Of a DNA stretch of 64,000 nt, positions 13,206 to 26,499 are shown piece by piece. The DNA is from Schmidtea polychroa. Its lineage: Eukaryota. The notes under the pieces are model-generated. The model worked only from the letters and a program-made list of their open reading frames with translations, did not search any database and was not told the DNA's origin. Every line of letters starts with the position of its first letter. Position 1 is the stretch's first letter. The DNA lies in the NCBI GenBank assembly GCA_044892525.1, contig CM097886.1, positions 123,442,001 through 123,506,000 on the forward strand. The letters run 5' to 3'. The position numbers and the translations under genes are program-made.

Positions 13206-16200
13206 GTTCGACAAGCTCGAGGTTAAATAATAATCTGAACTTGTACATAATGAATGAATCGGGTAATTTTCAAATGAATAAGTACAGTTTCTTTCTCAGG
13301 ATTAAATCCCATGTTTCTATGAATAGCATAGCTATGGCAATAAGTCTTTTCTGTATCCTAGAAATTCTCATCTTTCTAAAATCTCTTTTATACCTATTGC
13401 CTCATTGATTCGAATATTTAACAAAATGTGAATTGCAATGGCTGAGTTTTTTCTTCTCTCAAAATTTTTAAAACCCACTTTCTCTTTCATTTCACAATGT
13501 CTATATTTTTGCAACATCTTCACAATCAAAATTAAGTTGTACAGTTTTTCTTTTAAAATACAAATGAAAAGAATCATTTTAATTTTAAAAACTATCCGTA
13601 AAAATATACATTTTAAACTCTATATTCTTTTACATTCTCTCAAAATTAAAATTTCAATATGCGTGCTCAATGCTATGAAATATTTAATATTACGCAAAAT
13701 CAACTAGTTAAGAAATAACTTTGAAAGGAACATTTTATTAATATTTTGAAAGAACGCATTGTTTTCGACGAAGAATCTATCTGCCGAATTTCAGGTCGAT
13801 CCGATCACGTGAAGTGGGTTAATTTGCTCTCGCTAGATTTGCGTGGCTCATACAAACATTCAAACATACAAAGTAAAGTTAATAAAGAGAGTTAAAAAAT
13901 AGCAAAAATTAAAAATCATGAAACTGTTAAAACAGACTTTAAATGTCGTTCCTAGTTTAAAACGTTCTAGAGTAGTTATTCCTAATCAAGTAAGATAAAG
14001 AATATCTAAGGATGTTAATGGTAGAGATACGTTTTTAACTTTGAGAAACGTCTTTTCGGAGTTCCTGACATGATACATAATTGAGTCGTTCACAGACTAA
14101 AGGATTTAACTCCACCTTATGATTTTTTAAAATTTTCTGTCAAAGCACTTAACTGATGTCAAACTTATGGAGCTTCGAATTTTGTTTAAATGAGTTGGAA
14201 AAACATAATGTGAAAACTACACCAAGTCGAATTAAAATATATGATCATACATCAAGTAATTCAAAATAAAATACATAAAACCGTAATGATCATTAATTAA
14301 AATGAAAAAACCCAATAAAGCGCCAGACAATTAACGTGGTCAAAAAGTGGGTCAGTTCGAAAAGAAAGGAATAATAAATAAAGGAATGAATAACGAGATA
14401 AAAAATTAGGTATTGATATTGGTCGTATTTTCATATGAAAGACCTATGACAAGTGCAGAATCTAAGAGAAAAAAGAAGGAAGAAATAATTTTAAAATAAT
14501 TAGTTAAAAATTGGGTAAAAATCAGTCTGAAAATCATTAAAAGAATAGCTACATAAATTTAATAAATATTTAAATTGTTTTAAACAATCAATTGAATGCA
14601 CGATAATCAAACGTGTAGTGCTGTTGTTCAGAAAAATAATTATAGAAAAAAGGAATAAAGTATTCAAGTATGTGTGTGGTGCCATTTTAAAATTCTTAGA
14701 ATAAAATACACACAAATTTCATAGACGGACACCAAAAATTAGTATAAATAGATGACGAAAATTCACGCTAACCGGCTTACTTTTTGCAGTTTTAACAGTC
14801 ATCTATGATGATGTGAATTTTGTCAAAGCCTTTTATGATTGTGAATCCGTAAGTATCTATGTAAAGTAATTTTCTATCATAGAAATTCTGTTTTATTTCT
14901 TTACTCATAATAACTGTACCTAATGTCTCTGATTTTAGGAATCAATTCTTCGGCATCCCAAAAATAATTAAGTGGTGGTAAGAACATTGAACGGTTGTGG
15001 TCTGATGCTGAACAAGCTTGGAGACAGAAGTACCTGGACAATTTTACCATTTGAGTTTCTCTTGAATAATGAGAGTTCCGGTTTACCATCCACTGGTATA
15101 TACACAGGTCTTAAATGTAAATCGGTTCTGAGGACAGTGGGAGATTCTGATGTGGTTAAATGGGTAAAAATCTGCTAAGGAAAATTAGTATTTTGTCTGA
15201 TGATTAAAAATGTGAAAATAATTTTGAGTAAATGTATCGCGAAGTAACTAGATTATTTCCCTAAATTATTGGCGGAGTTGTAAACACGAAATAAGGCCAG
15301 ATCTATGCTCTAGTGATAAGGACTTATAACCAAATGAACAAGAAACGGTCACTAATACCTGAAAAGAATATAGAAAGATAAAGCGACGTAAAACGTTCAC
15401 CTGTTCATTGATTTTTAGCCACGTGTACATTACGAACGAGATAATTGCCAAGATACATGAATAGTAGAAAGTAAAATAGTCATGAAGTTGATGATAAATC
15501 TATCAGCGACCCTAGAACATTTAAACAACGCCCCTCCTAAGCGCCAACACTCATTATATCTAAAATAAATTTACTAAATAAATAGTCACATTATCACTAC
15601 ATGTTTATTTGAATTTAAATTTTGAAAATTATAAAAAAAGAATATATTGTTTCATTAATTTTCTCTATTTTTTCGTGGAGTTAACCAAGGTCTAATGAAC
15701 TACCTGATATTAATTTGCCTTTGGCTGGCTCTACCTATATCCAAATGTTTAGGAATAAAATTCAAATCCAATTTTTAGAAACGCATATAACGAATTTCTA
15801 GACTTTCTTATTTCCATAGCAACATTTTGGAAATGTCAAAAAATTAAATAATAATCACTTGTTTTCCTTTCTGAAGAGAATATAAATTTTATCAAATATC
15901 AAATCATTTGAAGTTTTATTTTCTGGAAATAAAGAATAAAAAATCCCAGAATTATCGATTATTCCCAAAGATCACCACACCGAGGAGAAAAACGATTTAT
16001 TATGCATTCCGATTGATCTCTCTTATTGGGATGGAATTCAAATAGGAATTTTTTTTCACAAAAAGGTGTGACAAGTCGAATTTTAATAAATAAAAAGAAG
16101 ACTAATTCTGGTCTCAGCCATCACCTGAAAATACAAGGAGAATAATCTAATAAACTCCCCTCTCCAAGGAATTGGTACATTACGAGTCATTAGTATCAAT

Positions 16201-16875
16201 GAATTTTTTTTTCAAATGGGATTAGTTGCAGTGAGAAAAGTTCCCACAAGTAAAGGCCACGATCTCGACCCATTATTGGATTAGTAAACCTCTTGAGCAG
16301 CGATTTCAGTTGGGGTACTTATTTTCCTTACATATTTTCACGATGGAAATACCAAACGGATTTTTACCTTTAGTGGATTCCCAAACAGATCACCACAGTT
16401 ATGGAGAATGAGCTCTTTGTGAATTAGGATAATTTGCAACTAATGCATCGTTTCTAGAATAGTTTTTTTTCTCTCTAGAAATTAAGACAATATTAGTCTC
16501 ACCTACCAAGAAAGATTTCATTTAGAAAAACCTGATTTAATTAATAGTAGAATTACTATTACAGAGTCCTGGAGGAAATTAGGTTTTTGAAAAATTTGAT
16601 TTTCATCAGCAAGTTTTGATATCGAGATTCCTTTCGAGTTTTTCCTGCAATAATTAGGAGAATTCTTGTGTGAATATCTACGATTTATTTGTTTTTGTTG
16701 AACATTATCCGCTTCACGTATTGCCGGTTGGGAACGGATTGGATTGCGTTTTGCTACAATCGTTATGGATAAATGGGAAAAAAATTTCAATAGTCCCTTC
16801 ATCATTTATCTTTGCTGTATTATAGCTTTAGTGTATAATAATATATTCATTTTAATTACCATTACCTAAGTTAAT

Positions 16876-17084
16876 NNNNNNNNNNNNNNNNNNNNNNNNN
16901 NNNNNNNNNNNNNNNNNNNNNNNNNNNNNNNNNNNNNNNNNNNNNNNNNNNNNNNNNNNNNNNNNNNNNNNNNNNNNNNNNNNNNNNNNNNNNNNNNNNN
17001 NNNNNNNNNNNNNNNNNNNNNNNNNNNNNNNNNNNNNNNNNNNNNNNNNNNNNNNNNNNNNNNNNNNNNNNNNNNNNNNNNNNN
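16876..17084. other. Assembly gap (N run); further gaps at 30036-30185, 30374-30537, 34441-34701 and 38058-38220
   Basis: N runs seen directly in the sequence. Confidence 1.
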
Positions 17085-18107
17085 ATTATATTTTTTCTTC
17101 TACTGGAAGTTGCTGTGTGAATTTTACGACTGAAAATACAAATAAATAGACAATCAAAAGATGTAATTAGTTGACATTCGGTAGTGAGAAGGTAAGAAAT
17201 TTTGGATTATGTAAAAATTTTGAAAATACTATTTTTTAATTATTTAACAATACAAATATTTTAAGAACTTTTTTCAAATTTCACCACTGATTTCATTTCA
17301 ATTGACATTGTATTTATTTATAACTATTCTCAACATTTTCTTCATAAGTATAATATATTGTTTAGAATGTTCCAATATTTGTTCGAATTGATTCATATTT
17401 AAGAAATTTTCTTTCCACCTGAATTCAAAGAGCTATTCCAAAATATAATTTCATTTTACACCTCGCATGCCCTTAAACTTCAGTTGGAGCTATTCCAATA
17501 AAACTCTATATGCTGGGTATAGGATCCTGTTTCATGATCCACAAAGTAGTTTGGGATTAACGCATATCCTGCACGATATTCTATTTTAAATAATTTAATA
17601 TCATAAAAGAAATATTTATAATAATTATTCAATATTTCTGCCGGCCGAATCTGAGTTAAATCTACGGTTTTTGCCCATTTTTTTACCAAACATGAGAAAA
17701 TCGGATAATCTCTACAGGATTCCAGTATAGAACTAAATTTCTTATCGATTAGTGTATAAAGTATATATTTTGATATATAGAAAGTTAAAAATTGTGAAAC
17801 ATTTAAGGGGTTCCCGTTTTGATAGAAAGTATTTTAATGTAAAAAGTTAAATGTGTGAAAAAAGAATTTAATAACTTAATTTTGTGTAACTCCATCGATT
17901 CCGCTTGTTTACTGTATAAAATAGTTTTTAGGCACATTATATTATACTCAATTGAGATGCTCTCTTGGCGGTGCACCGTGTTTCTTACTTACTATAATTA
18001 TGACGTAGCCAAGCGCGTGTATGTGACTCAATGATAAAGATTAAAGTCACACCGGTATTTATTATTTGAAAAAATTGTGTTAATTGCAAGATTATAACAG
18101 AAGGAGT

Positions 18108-18345
18108 CAGTGGCGGAACTTCAAAATTTGGGCCCCCCGCGCAATGTAACATATTTCCACTTAAATTTTTCGGTTAAAGTTTAATACATAGTTATTCACA
18201 TCAGCCGCTATTCAATGATAGTTTTATGTTTGTAGGCAAATATAACTGCGGGAAAAAAGTTTCAGAAAATGATTGTAAATATTTTTTTAGTAATAATTTT
18301 GGGCCCCCGCAACGCAGGGTCCTGCGTCCACTAGTTACGCCACTG
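18108..18345. mobile_element. hAT-type MITE
   Basis: TIR cagtggcg / cgccactg with a perfect 8-bp TSD gaaggagt (18100-18107, 18346-18353). Confidence 0.9.
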
Positions 18346-18904
18346 GAAGGAGTACTGTTTTGATCGGATGCAAATTAAAACATTTTATTAATCGTTAGTG
18401 TTGCAGTTCTAAAAGGTCGTTTCAGAAACATGAATCCGGTGCACAAAAGCGCAAAAATTGAGACAAATTAGTGTACGAGAGCAAACGCATGGTTGAAGCA
18501 ACGGATCGATTTATGATATCATCAACATCACAATGGAAGCAACACGCAACAAGAAGTGAGTGTTCAAGCTTGGTTTCTAAAGGTGAATCTGCGAGTATTC
18601 TATGTACCTTACAGCACTATGTGCCTTGTTATGGCCTTTTATTTGCTTTTTTATTGTGCCTTGTGATGACTACTTTTTTAATTTTTCTAATTGCGTTGTA
18701 ATGGCTATTTTATTATTTAGTTCTTTTTATACATATTTTGATTGTCTTCATTATGTCTTCATTTGTCTTCATTGTTACATTAATGTTAAATAAAACTCTG
18801 CCTGTGAATAATGTTTATATTCAAAATGATCAACAACATTCAAAATCCCAAAAGATCATATTCCAAAAACAAACTTTATTTCAGAAAAACAGTCCTGTAC
18901 TTTA

Positions 18905-19210
18905 AAACAGTACAAGACTAGAGCGAGACCAATACAAATCAGTTTTGGCCCCTTGTCGAAATTCGTCCCGTTAAAAGGACTCATCTGTCTCTTTGGGCAG
19001 GTTTTTGGAGTAGGCTCTTCGGTAACGACTATCACCTTCGGCTACTTACAACGAGTGCATTCATTTTTTTCGGCGTCAACTTATTTAACGGCGTCAAATA
19101 ACACTGTTTCTTCTGACATATTTCATAGGTTGACCACAAATTCTGCATGAATGGTGTTGTTGGAGGAGATTGTGTTCTAAAAACCAAGCTCAGCAGGCTT
19201 CATCAGAGAA
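18905..19210 (-). pseudogene. Probable Merlin/ISXO2-like transposase N-terminal fragment
   Basis: Minus-strand DEAC*AWFLEHNLLQQHHSCRICGQPMKYV and KTCPKRQMSPFNGTNFDKGPKLICIGLALVLYCF resemble the N-terminal zinc-ribbon region of Merlin transposases. Stops are present. Confidence 0.45.
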
Positions 19211-21811
19211 TAAAAATGTAGACTACTCAAACATATCCATGAACATTTTGTTTTTTATATTTATAGAAATAGATAATTAATTTAATTGATTTTTAATTGC
19301 CTTTTAATATTAATGGTTTAATTGCAACGGGGGGGGCTGTTGTTAAATATAGCCCAAAATTGTTTTTTAGCCTCGCACAAATTTTGAACCCAGACCCGCA
19401 AAAACTTTGCGTCGCTCTTTTGTTTCAAAATATGTTATAAAATTTTGTGATAAAATAGTCTAAAATTAATTTTACATTGAATAAAAAGTAAGAATCGGTT
19501 GTAATTTTAACAATATTGAAGTTTCTAAAATTTGATTAATATGTAGAGACTGACACGCAGAGGCGGATTAACGCACGGGCGCATGGTGCGCGCGCCTTGG
19601 GGCCCGACATCTAAGGGGATCCGCACAAAATCTAATTTCACACTTTTTAATGACAAGTTGGGTTTCATATGTATGATTTTTACGTTCTTATTTCTGATTC
19701 TTTCTCAGAGAATATTATTAAATTTATTATAATTATACTTTTAAAAACCTATATATGTTCAACTATCAGTTACAAACTTTGTGATTATTGTTATGTTGCT
19801 AATTATATTACACATATATTATATTCAAATATTATTGATTAACGCGTAATTTTTTCCCATGTCTCTCGTTTTATTAGGGTGCCCAATATTTTTTCTGCGC
19901 TCTTCGCACACAGCAAACTTGTTTTCAACGATATGAGTTACGACCTCAGTTTAAAAGATTTTAACTGGTAGTAAGTTAAGGATTAAACCTATTTGTCCGA
20001 TATATTATTTTAGAATATTCCTTCCGATATTGCGATTCTTTTTCATGGTCTATGAAATTAACCTGATACTTAATACGTTGCCTTAAATGGAAATTACATT
20101 TGGAAGAAATTTATTGACAGTAGCAAAGAGTGCCAAAATTCGAATCGGTATATGAGCTCACAAAGTTATTACCCCGATCCTGATCTTTAATAAAGAATGA
20201 ATTCGTCATTGCATTTGATAAAAACCACATATAATATGGAAAAATAATCAATAAATTATATTATAATATACATACAAATTCATGTGTGCTGAAAAATCAT
20301 TAGCAGTTACACCTGCCAATTTATTATAAGATTCCGGAAAGGGTAGGAAAGATTAATGAAACATACAAACACGGTGCATTAAATTTCAATAGTGAAACAA
20401 ACATGCAAGCAAGTCATAAAATACGCCACCTATACAAATTATCATTTTTAATCAAATAACTTTTTTTTAATGAAATCGGAAAGCATTTCCTAGGCTAATA
20501 TTAGAAATATATTTTTATTTAAGGAAAATGAAGAAAGAAATTCGTGAGTTTTAATTGTTTATTATTAATAATTACTGTTAAATTATTGTTAAAAAATAAT
20601 TTACACTATTAAAATATTTTTTTTAAAATCTTTGAAAAAATAGTAAGTTATGGTTGATTGACTTAATAAATTTTAATAATATTTATTTAATTATTTAAAA
20701 ATTTAAAAAATAAAAATAATTTACATTTCTTTGAAATAATTTTGCCATTAAAATTCACATAAATAATTTAAAATGTGAAATTTTCATGATTTTTATGATT
20801 GACTTGATTTAATAATAATACGTAAGAGAAGCAGCGAAAAAAATTCGCTTAGTAGGCCGGATTCATTAAGGCTTGCACTGACGAATGTTCTACTTTTTAT
20901 ATTCCATTATTTTACGTTCCATATTGTCTTCTCGTGGAATTTTTGGTTTGTGGTTTGTCCTATACTTTATACCCTTATAAGAAACTTGGTGTAAAGGTAT
21001 TAATGAACTGAATCAATCAGGTTTAATTTGTATTTCACCGTTCCATCCCTCTGTTAATCATTGCCATAGTATACTATTTGTAAATACGCTTATAGCAAGG
21101 GTCATAAGTTATGATTAAAATTCCAGGATGCAACATTTTAGATACTACTGGGTAGTGAAAACCTTTATATTATCATTAAAATGCAAATGATTGCAGAACA
21201 TGTTTAATAAATTATTAAGGTGAGTAAACCAACCACCAATTTAAAAAAGGTAATTACAGTCAATATATTGCCGGATGCGCACATCTTTTTCTCGACATGA
21301 CGTAGTTAGGATAAAGACTTTGATATTTCTCCATCTCCCCCTCCGTGTTGACTTTTCAGCCACTAATTTGTACCAATCCGTCAGTCGACCAACTCATGAT
21401 AATTAAACTAATCTCCAGATGTGCAACACTCCAAATACGATACAATTAATCGTAACAAGAATGACCAAGATGGATAGGTTATAAATTCAGACTAAAAATG
21501 AGGCCCATATGTTTTAACTACATACATTAATAATTGACTACCACAATGACGTCCAGAAGAGGAGGGGTAAAAAGAGTACTTGCTCCAACCTGGCTTTTGG
21601 AAAAAATTTGTTTTTTAAATGCACCCTGTTTATTAGAAAATTAATTGGATACTATTTTGATGTTGTCTCTCATCTGAAAAACTCCGGTGGCCGCTTTTGG
21701 ACTAATCCATCCACCACCACGTTTTTATAATGAAATATTTAAAAATTTATAACATCCTTGAAAAAAAATACAATATTACATTTCTTTTATTAATAACCAT
21801 CTCAAATATAT

Positions 21812-22828
21812 TTAAAAAGGTCTCCAAATCTTGGTCTTATCAAAATCTTTGATTTCTTTTACGGGGCTCCTTTGATGAGATTGCGAGTTGTAGATCTCTG
21901 TCAAAGGAAGCCCAATTCGAAGTGTCGTTGCCATTAGCATGAACTGTAGCATTGAAAAATTGTCCTGCTTGCTCTGAGGTAAATTGTACTGGCAACTGTT
22001 GGGTCCACCATATGGAAAAAAAAGTGACGGTGGGATTATCAGGTTTGACTTCTGTTCAAATGAATCATTTTCTGAATTAAAAAGAAGTTATTAATAATTC
22101 TATTTTCATTAGAGATTCACCTGAAAGATTTTTCGTGTCAATTTTCGTTGTACTCCAGTAGCTCGCATGATCTGTGACTCCTGGAGAATCACTGTAACAG
22201 AAATTCGAGTCGGGTTCGGATTTGGGAATAAAGTTAGGAATTTTTATGTTATTTTTTGAGAAGTAAAAGTTTTCTAGGAAGTTAAATTTATTTATTATTA
22301 AATAAACAAAATGTTTACTGTGCTTGTTTCTGGGTTCCCTTGGACCGTCAACTGTAACCTTGATAGCATTTGTGTAAACTGCGGTGATTTTCGGGCTGCA
22401 TTCAATGTGGATATAGACATCAAAATATTTTCCTTTTTTAAACAATACTTAAAAACCATTTATATTAAATAATTTAATCAACCTCTCCCACTGCGACTAA
22501 TAAATCTTAAGTCATTAAATCTCGCTTCACCGTTAACGAGTTTCGATTCGAAATTTCTCAAAACCGCATTATTCATCGACGGATTACTCGCTGACAACCA
22601 AACCCGATGTCCATCTCCAATAGGGAGAACTCGATTGTTACTTTGATATAGCATTACTTGAAACAATGCCGGCAAAGATTTATTCGATCTCCAGTGTTGA
22701 GGTAGCTTCGTACAAAAAACCAACGGATGAGAAGTTGGAACGATCTTTTCTGTTGAAACCGATAAAGTATTGAGTTTGTACTTGGATTTGGTGAAATCAG
22801 TGGTGAAACCGTTGAACCTCTGATTCAT
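21812..22828 (-). CDS. runt: Runx/Runt-domain transcription factor (4 exons; introns 22433-22482, 22274-22318, 22052-22120)
   Basis: Runt domain (FCTKLPQHWRSNKSLP...ARFNDLRFISRSGRG|KYF...AIKVTVDGPREPR) with a GT-AG phase-1 intron at the conserved GRG/K position. The last exon ends KIWRPF-stop (WRPY-type Groucho ligand). Confidence 0.93.
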
Positions 22829-23540
22829 GATTGTTGTTCGACACAATTAATCGCTGGATTTTCCACTAAACTTTATCTCCCGCAGTGAGGAAAATTAGCC
22901 AATTAAAAAAACGCAGATTGAATTTGAGTTGAATTTGCATCACATTCGATTTCTATTGGTCCATTTTTGAGTGAAACTTTCAATAATGGAAAATCATCTG
23001 CGTCGTGGTAAAGACAATGCGGATCAATTGATAAAAGCAATAGCACACCGATAATTTCGATTATATAATCTTTGACGACACGCAGTAAAAGGCGTGGCGA
23101 GTCAATGACGTGTGTCGCTTTTTCTACATCAGTGCTCACACACAGTGAGCCGCATTGGCACATCAATTGAGTAGGCGTCCTGGTAGGTAATGTGTTAATG
23201 TTAGTGCCCGCCACCCACTATTGGCAGGGTGATTAATCTGCCCAGCCTATTAAATAACCATTGCGACCTACCACTAATAAGAGCTTTGTTTTATATGGCC
23301 ACCACTTTAATGATCAGCTTCGTTTATTTGGGTTTTCAGCTGATTTGAATTGTTTTTCAATTCTTTTCATCCATTGTTTGGTTGATGAGGTCCGAGTAAT
23401 CCAATTACATGCTACGAGTGTCGCCATTGTCCGCGTCGTTTTCTCTCATTTACTTTTATTCGAATCGAATTTGTACATTAAATTGCATTGCTAATATATT
23501 ATTTGTATAAAAGACGAAAGAAAAATGTAAGATTATATTA

Positions 23541-23620
23541 ATTATTAATTATTATTAATTATTATCAATTATTATTAATTATTATTAATTTTTATTAATT
23601 ATTATTAATTATTATTAATT
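23541..23620. repeat. Minisatellite (ATTATTAATT) x8
   Basis: Direct inspection of the tandem units. Confidence 0.9.
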
Positions 23621-24743
23621 ATTTTTATTAATTAATACAGTAAAAATATGAAAATAAATTTGCTTTGAGCTCGACATTTTTTATAAATTAATATAATTAG
23701 ATGAAATTGTAAAACTTTGTAAATATTCGTATTTTTTTCAAATTTTTCAAATAATTTTTAGTTTAAAAAAATATTTTTATTAAGCCTAGAAATCAAAGAA
23801 AATGCGGTTACGTATATATAGGGTAAAAGTTACGTAATAAATAAATGGAGGGAAATTTTCAAAATATATATATATATATATATAATTTATTTAATAAAAT
23901 AAATGTTAAATGTTGTAAACTTAAGATGCCAAAATTAGATTAAGCAAGTTGTGGAGCTCTAGACAATATCCGGTATGCCAGTACCCAAAAGAAAAGAAAT
24001 ATAAAATTTTAATTTATCACGTGGTGTTTAAATAAAATATAATAAAGCTAATTTAAACTATTTTTTTTTCATGTTTTAATTACGGAAATATTGCCGTTCA
24101 AGAACGAGTAAAATATTATACAATGAACTGTCATAATCTAGTGTAATAATATTCAACAATTGGTGGTTTCCAAACATTTCCAATGAGCGACAGCCTTCAT
24201 CAAACAGTTTCGCTCGCGTTGTATCTAGCACGCGTTGGTGCGTGATCCGTTACCAGTAAAGAAATTCCATCACGCGCCATCGCATGTTTGGTTGCGAACC
24301 AGATAAGTTGATATTTCGCTTTTGAAAAATTTTTTAGGCGTTTGTGTATTTTTTCTTTAACATTTCGCCTGAATTCGTTTATTATGAAATTCCCAGAAAT
24401 TTTTTTTTATTGTTCGAGAATAAATTCCAATGATATTCATACAATTAATGAATTCAAGTTTTATTGACAATCAATTTTGAGAGGTGGGTTTTAGGTGAAT
24501 AAGGGTTGGCTGTACTTTGCATGGTATATTCGAGAAGATTAAGAAGAATGCATGTACATGGTAATGGTCGGGATTTAATTGGGTAAGGGATTTGTGAGGT
24601 TGGATTGGGAGATGAAAACAACGTACTTCGTATCTAAACTTTTAATTTGAATATTTAGATTTATAAAACGGAAATGTTATATTACTTCTTGTTTACTATA
24701 GTACTTTCAATGTCATTAAAAATTCAAACATTATATAAATATA

Positions 24744-25042
24744 CTGGCCCCGGAAGAGGGGGGGTCATGAGGGTCTTTTGGCCTGGGTCTCTTAATTTAG
24801 GGGGCCCCAAATAACACTATTTGATACTACACCAAACGATCAAAAAATGTATTTCGCACTTTTACGTAGGGCAACAAATTTTTATTCTAAGATAAAATAA
24901 TTATTTATATATATATATATAAATTTTATATATAATTATATATAATAATTTATATAAATTTCATTTTTTGTATATTTTTCATTATATAGGGGGCCACATA
25001 TAATGTCAGACCTGGGCCTCTAAAGGGCTCTAACAGGCTCTG
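24744..25042. mobile_element. hAT-type MITE (aged)
   Basis: GC-rich termini ctggccccgg / caggctctg with a near-perfect 8-bp TSD taaatata / taaacata. Confidence 0.6.
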
Positions 25043-26499
25043 TAAACATATATACAAGGTCGGCTCTTCCTTAAGGTCAAAGAGTTAGGAGTAATCGCTT
25101 TGCACTCATTATTCGAAAAAAATTCTTACAAAATAATTTTTTTAAAAGGTAATTGTATTGTGTTTTACGGATTTTGATTTTTTACTTTCAAAAAATTTTT
25201 CTTAATATTAAATTCATTACAAAATCAATGTATGTATTTCTTTTCATTTGTTTATGACGGAGATGGCCGCTATTTTTATTTTGAATTGTAATTACAACCG
25301 TTTGTAAATGGTGTCTTAATCTCTTAGATATGGAGATCAAATTCGCTGGTATTTTTATATATAAGAATATAAACAGTACAAAAAAGACGCTCCATTACTT
25401 CTATGCTAATGGCATTAAACGACCTTGAATCGGCACTGTATATCAGAGGCGTAGCTAACGGGGGTAGGGGACAATTTGCCCCGGGTGCAGACTTAAAATT
25501 TTACAAAATTCACATCAGAAGTCAGGAAGAAACCTTCCTTGATTCTATTATTGACAAATTTGTGGACATGAAGGCGAGAAAAATCAATTTAATATGATGA
25601 ATTTTTGGAATTGGGACATTAAGTGGCGGCTGACAGACCAACTGTTGGTAAAATTTTGTTGTCTTTGTAGCAGTTAAACTTTATTTGTCTTCAAATTGTC
25701 TTTCTATGGTGTCTTTTTAGGCGATAGTGTTATTATGTCATATTGAGTATTACTGTGCTCTTATTTTTCAATTATATATTATGGTTTAAAATATAATTAA
25801 AAATTTAAATTCATATTGTAATATTTAAATATGAAAATTAAGTACCTGTTAAAAATATGTTATATCAAATTCGAAATTTTTATAGCCAATCATTAACGTT
25901 TGGTGTTTAATAGCTACTTGCCCATATTTTGTAAGTAATATGAAAATTTCTTTTTAAACCCTTACATTTTTAATTATATTAAATACAGTTATTTTGCCAT
26001 TTATAAAAAAACTTGTGTTAAAAATTAACCATATTTAGTGCCCATCTAGAGTGTTTTTCAACAGACCGCAATTTTTTGATAACAATGAATTGCAATAAAA
26101 ATATTTGCTTATATTATTTAATTAAAATAATTTTTGTTATTAGAATTTGTATTGTTTCAATGCTTCAATAAATAAATATATTACACCGCGTCATAGGTGG
26201 CGCCATAGAGGGAGAGAATATGTATTTCGCCCCTGCACTTTTTAGACCAATTTTAGACAATAATATCAACAAATTCACAATGAAAAATGTTTGCCACATA
26301 ATGTGCCGTTATGCAGTGATTGGATGAGCATGTCACATTTATTTACACTTTCACATAAAGCATGTAAAAAATGGACGAAATGAGTACGTTTGGAATTAAG
26401 GCTGTCTATACATGGGTTACCCTACCACTGTACGTGTATGTAAAAGAGCAGCAAATGACTGTGCTTAGAAAATTCTGGTTACTATTTTAGGCTGCTAAC

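Noticed and set aside
18950-18990. Hammerhead-like motif on the minus strand (cagatga-gtcc-loop-ggac-gaat), with a look-alike at 13145-13215
   Set aside because: The core deviates from CUGAUGA/GAAA, there is no stem I partner or NUH site, and the 18.9-kb copy reads as Merlin transposase coding sequence. The shared words can arise by chance.
23541-23620. CRISPR-like or other spacer-containing array
   Set aside because: Contiguous minisatellite with no spacers in eukaryotic DNA; no CRISPR, tRNA or rRNA genes were recognised anywhere in the window.
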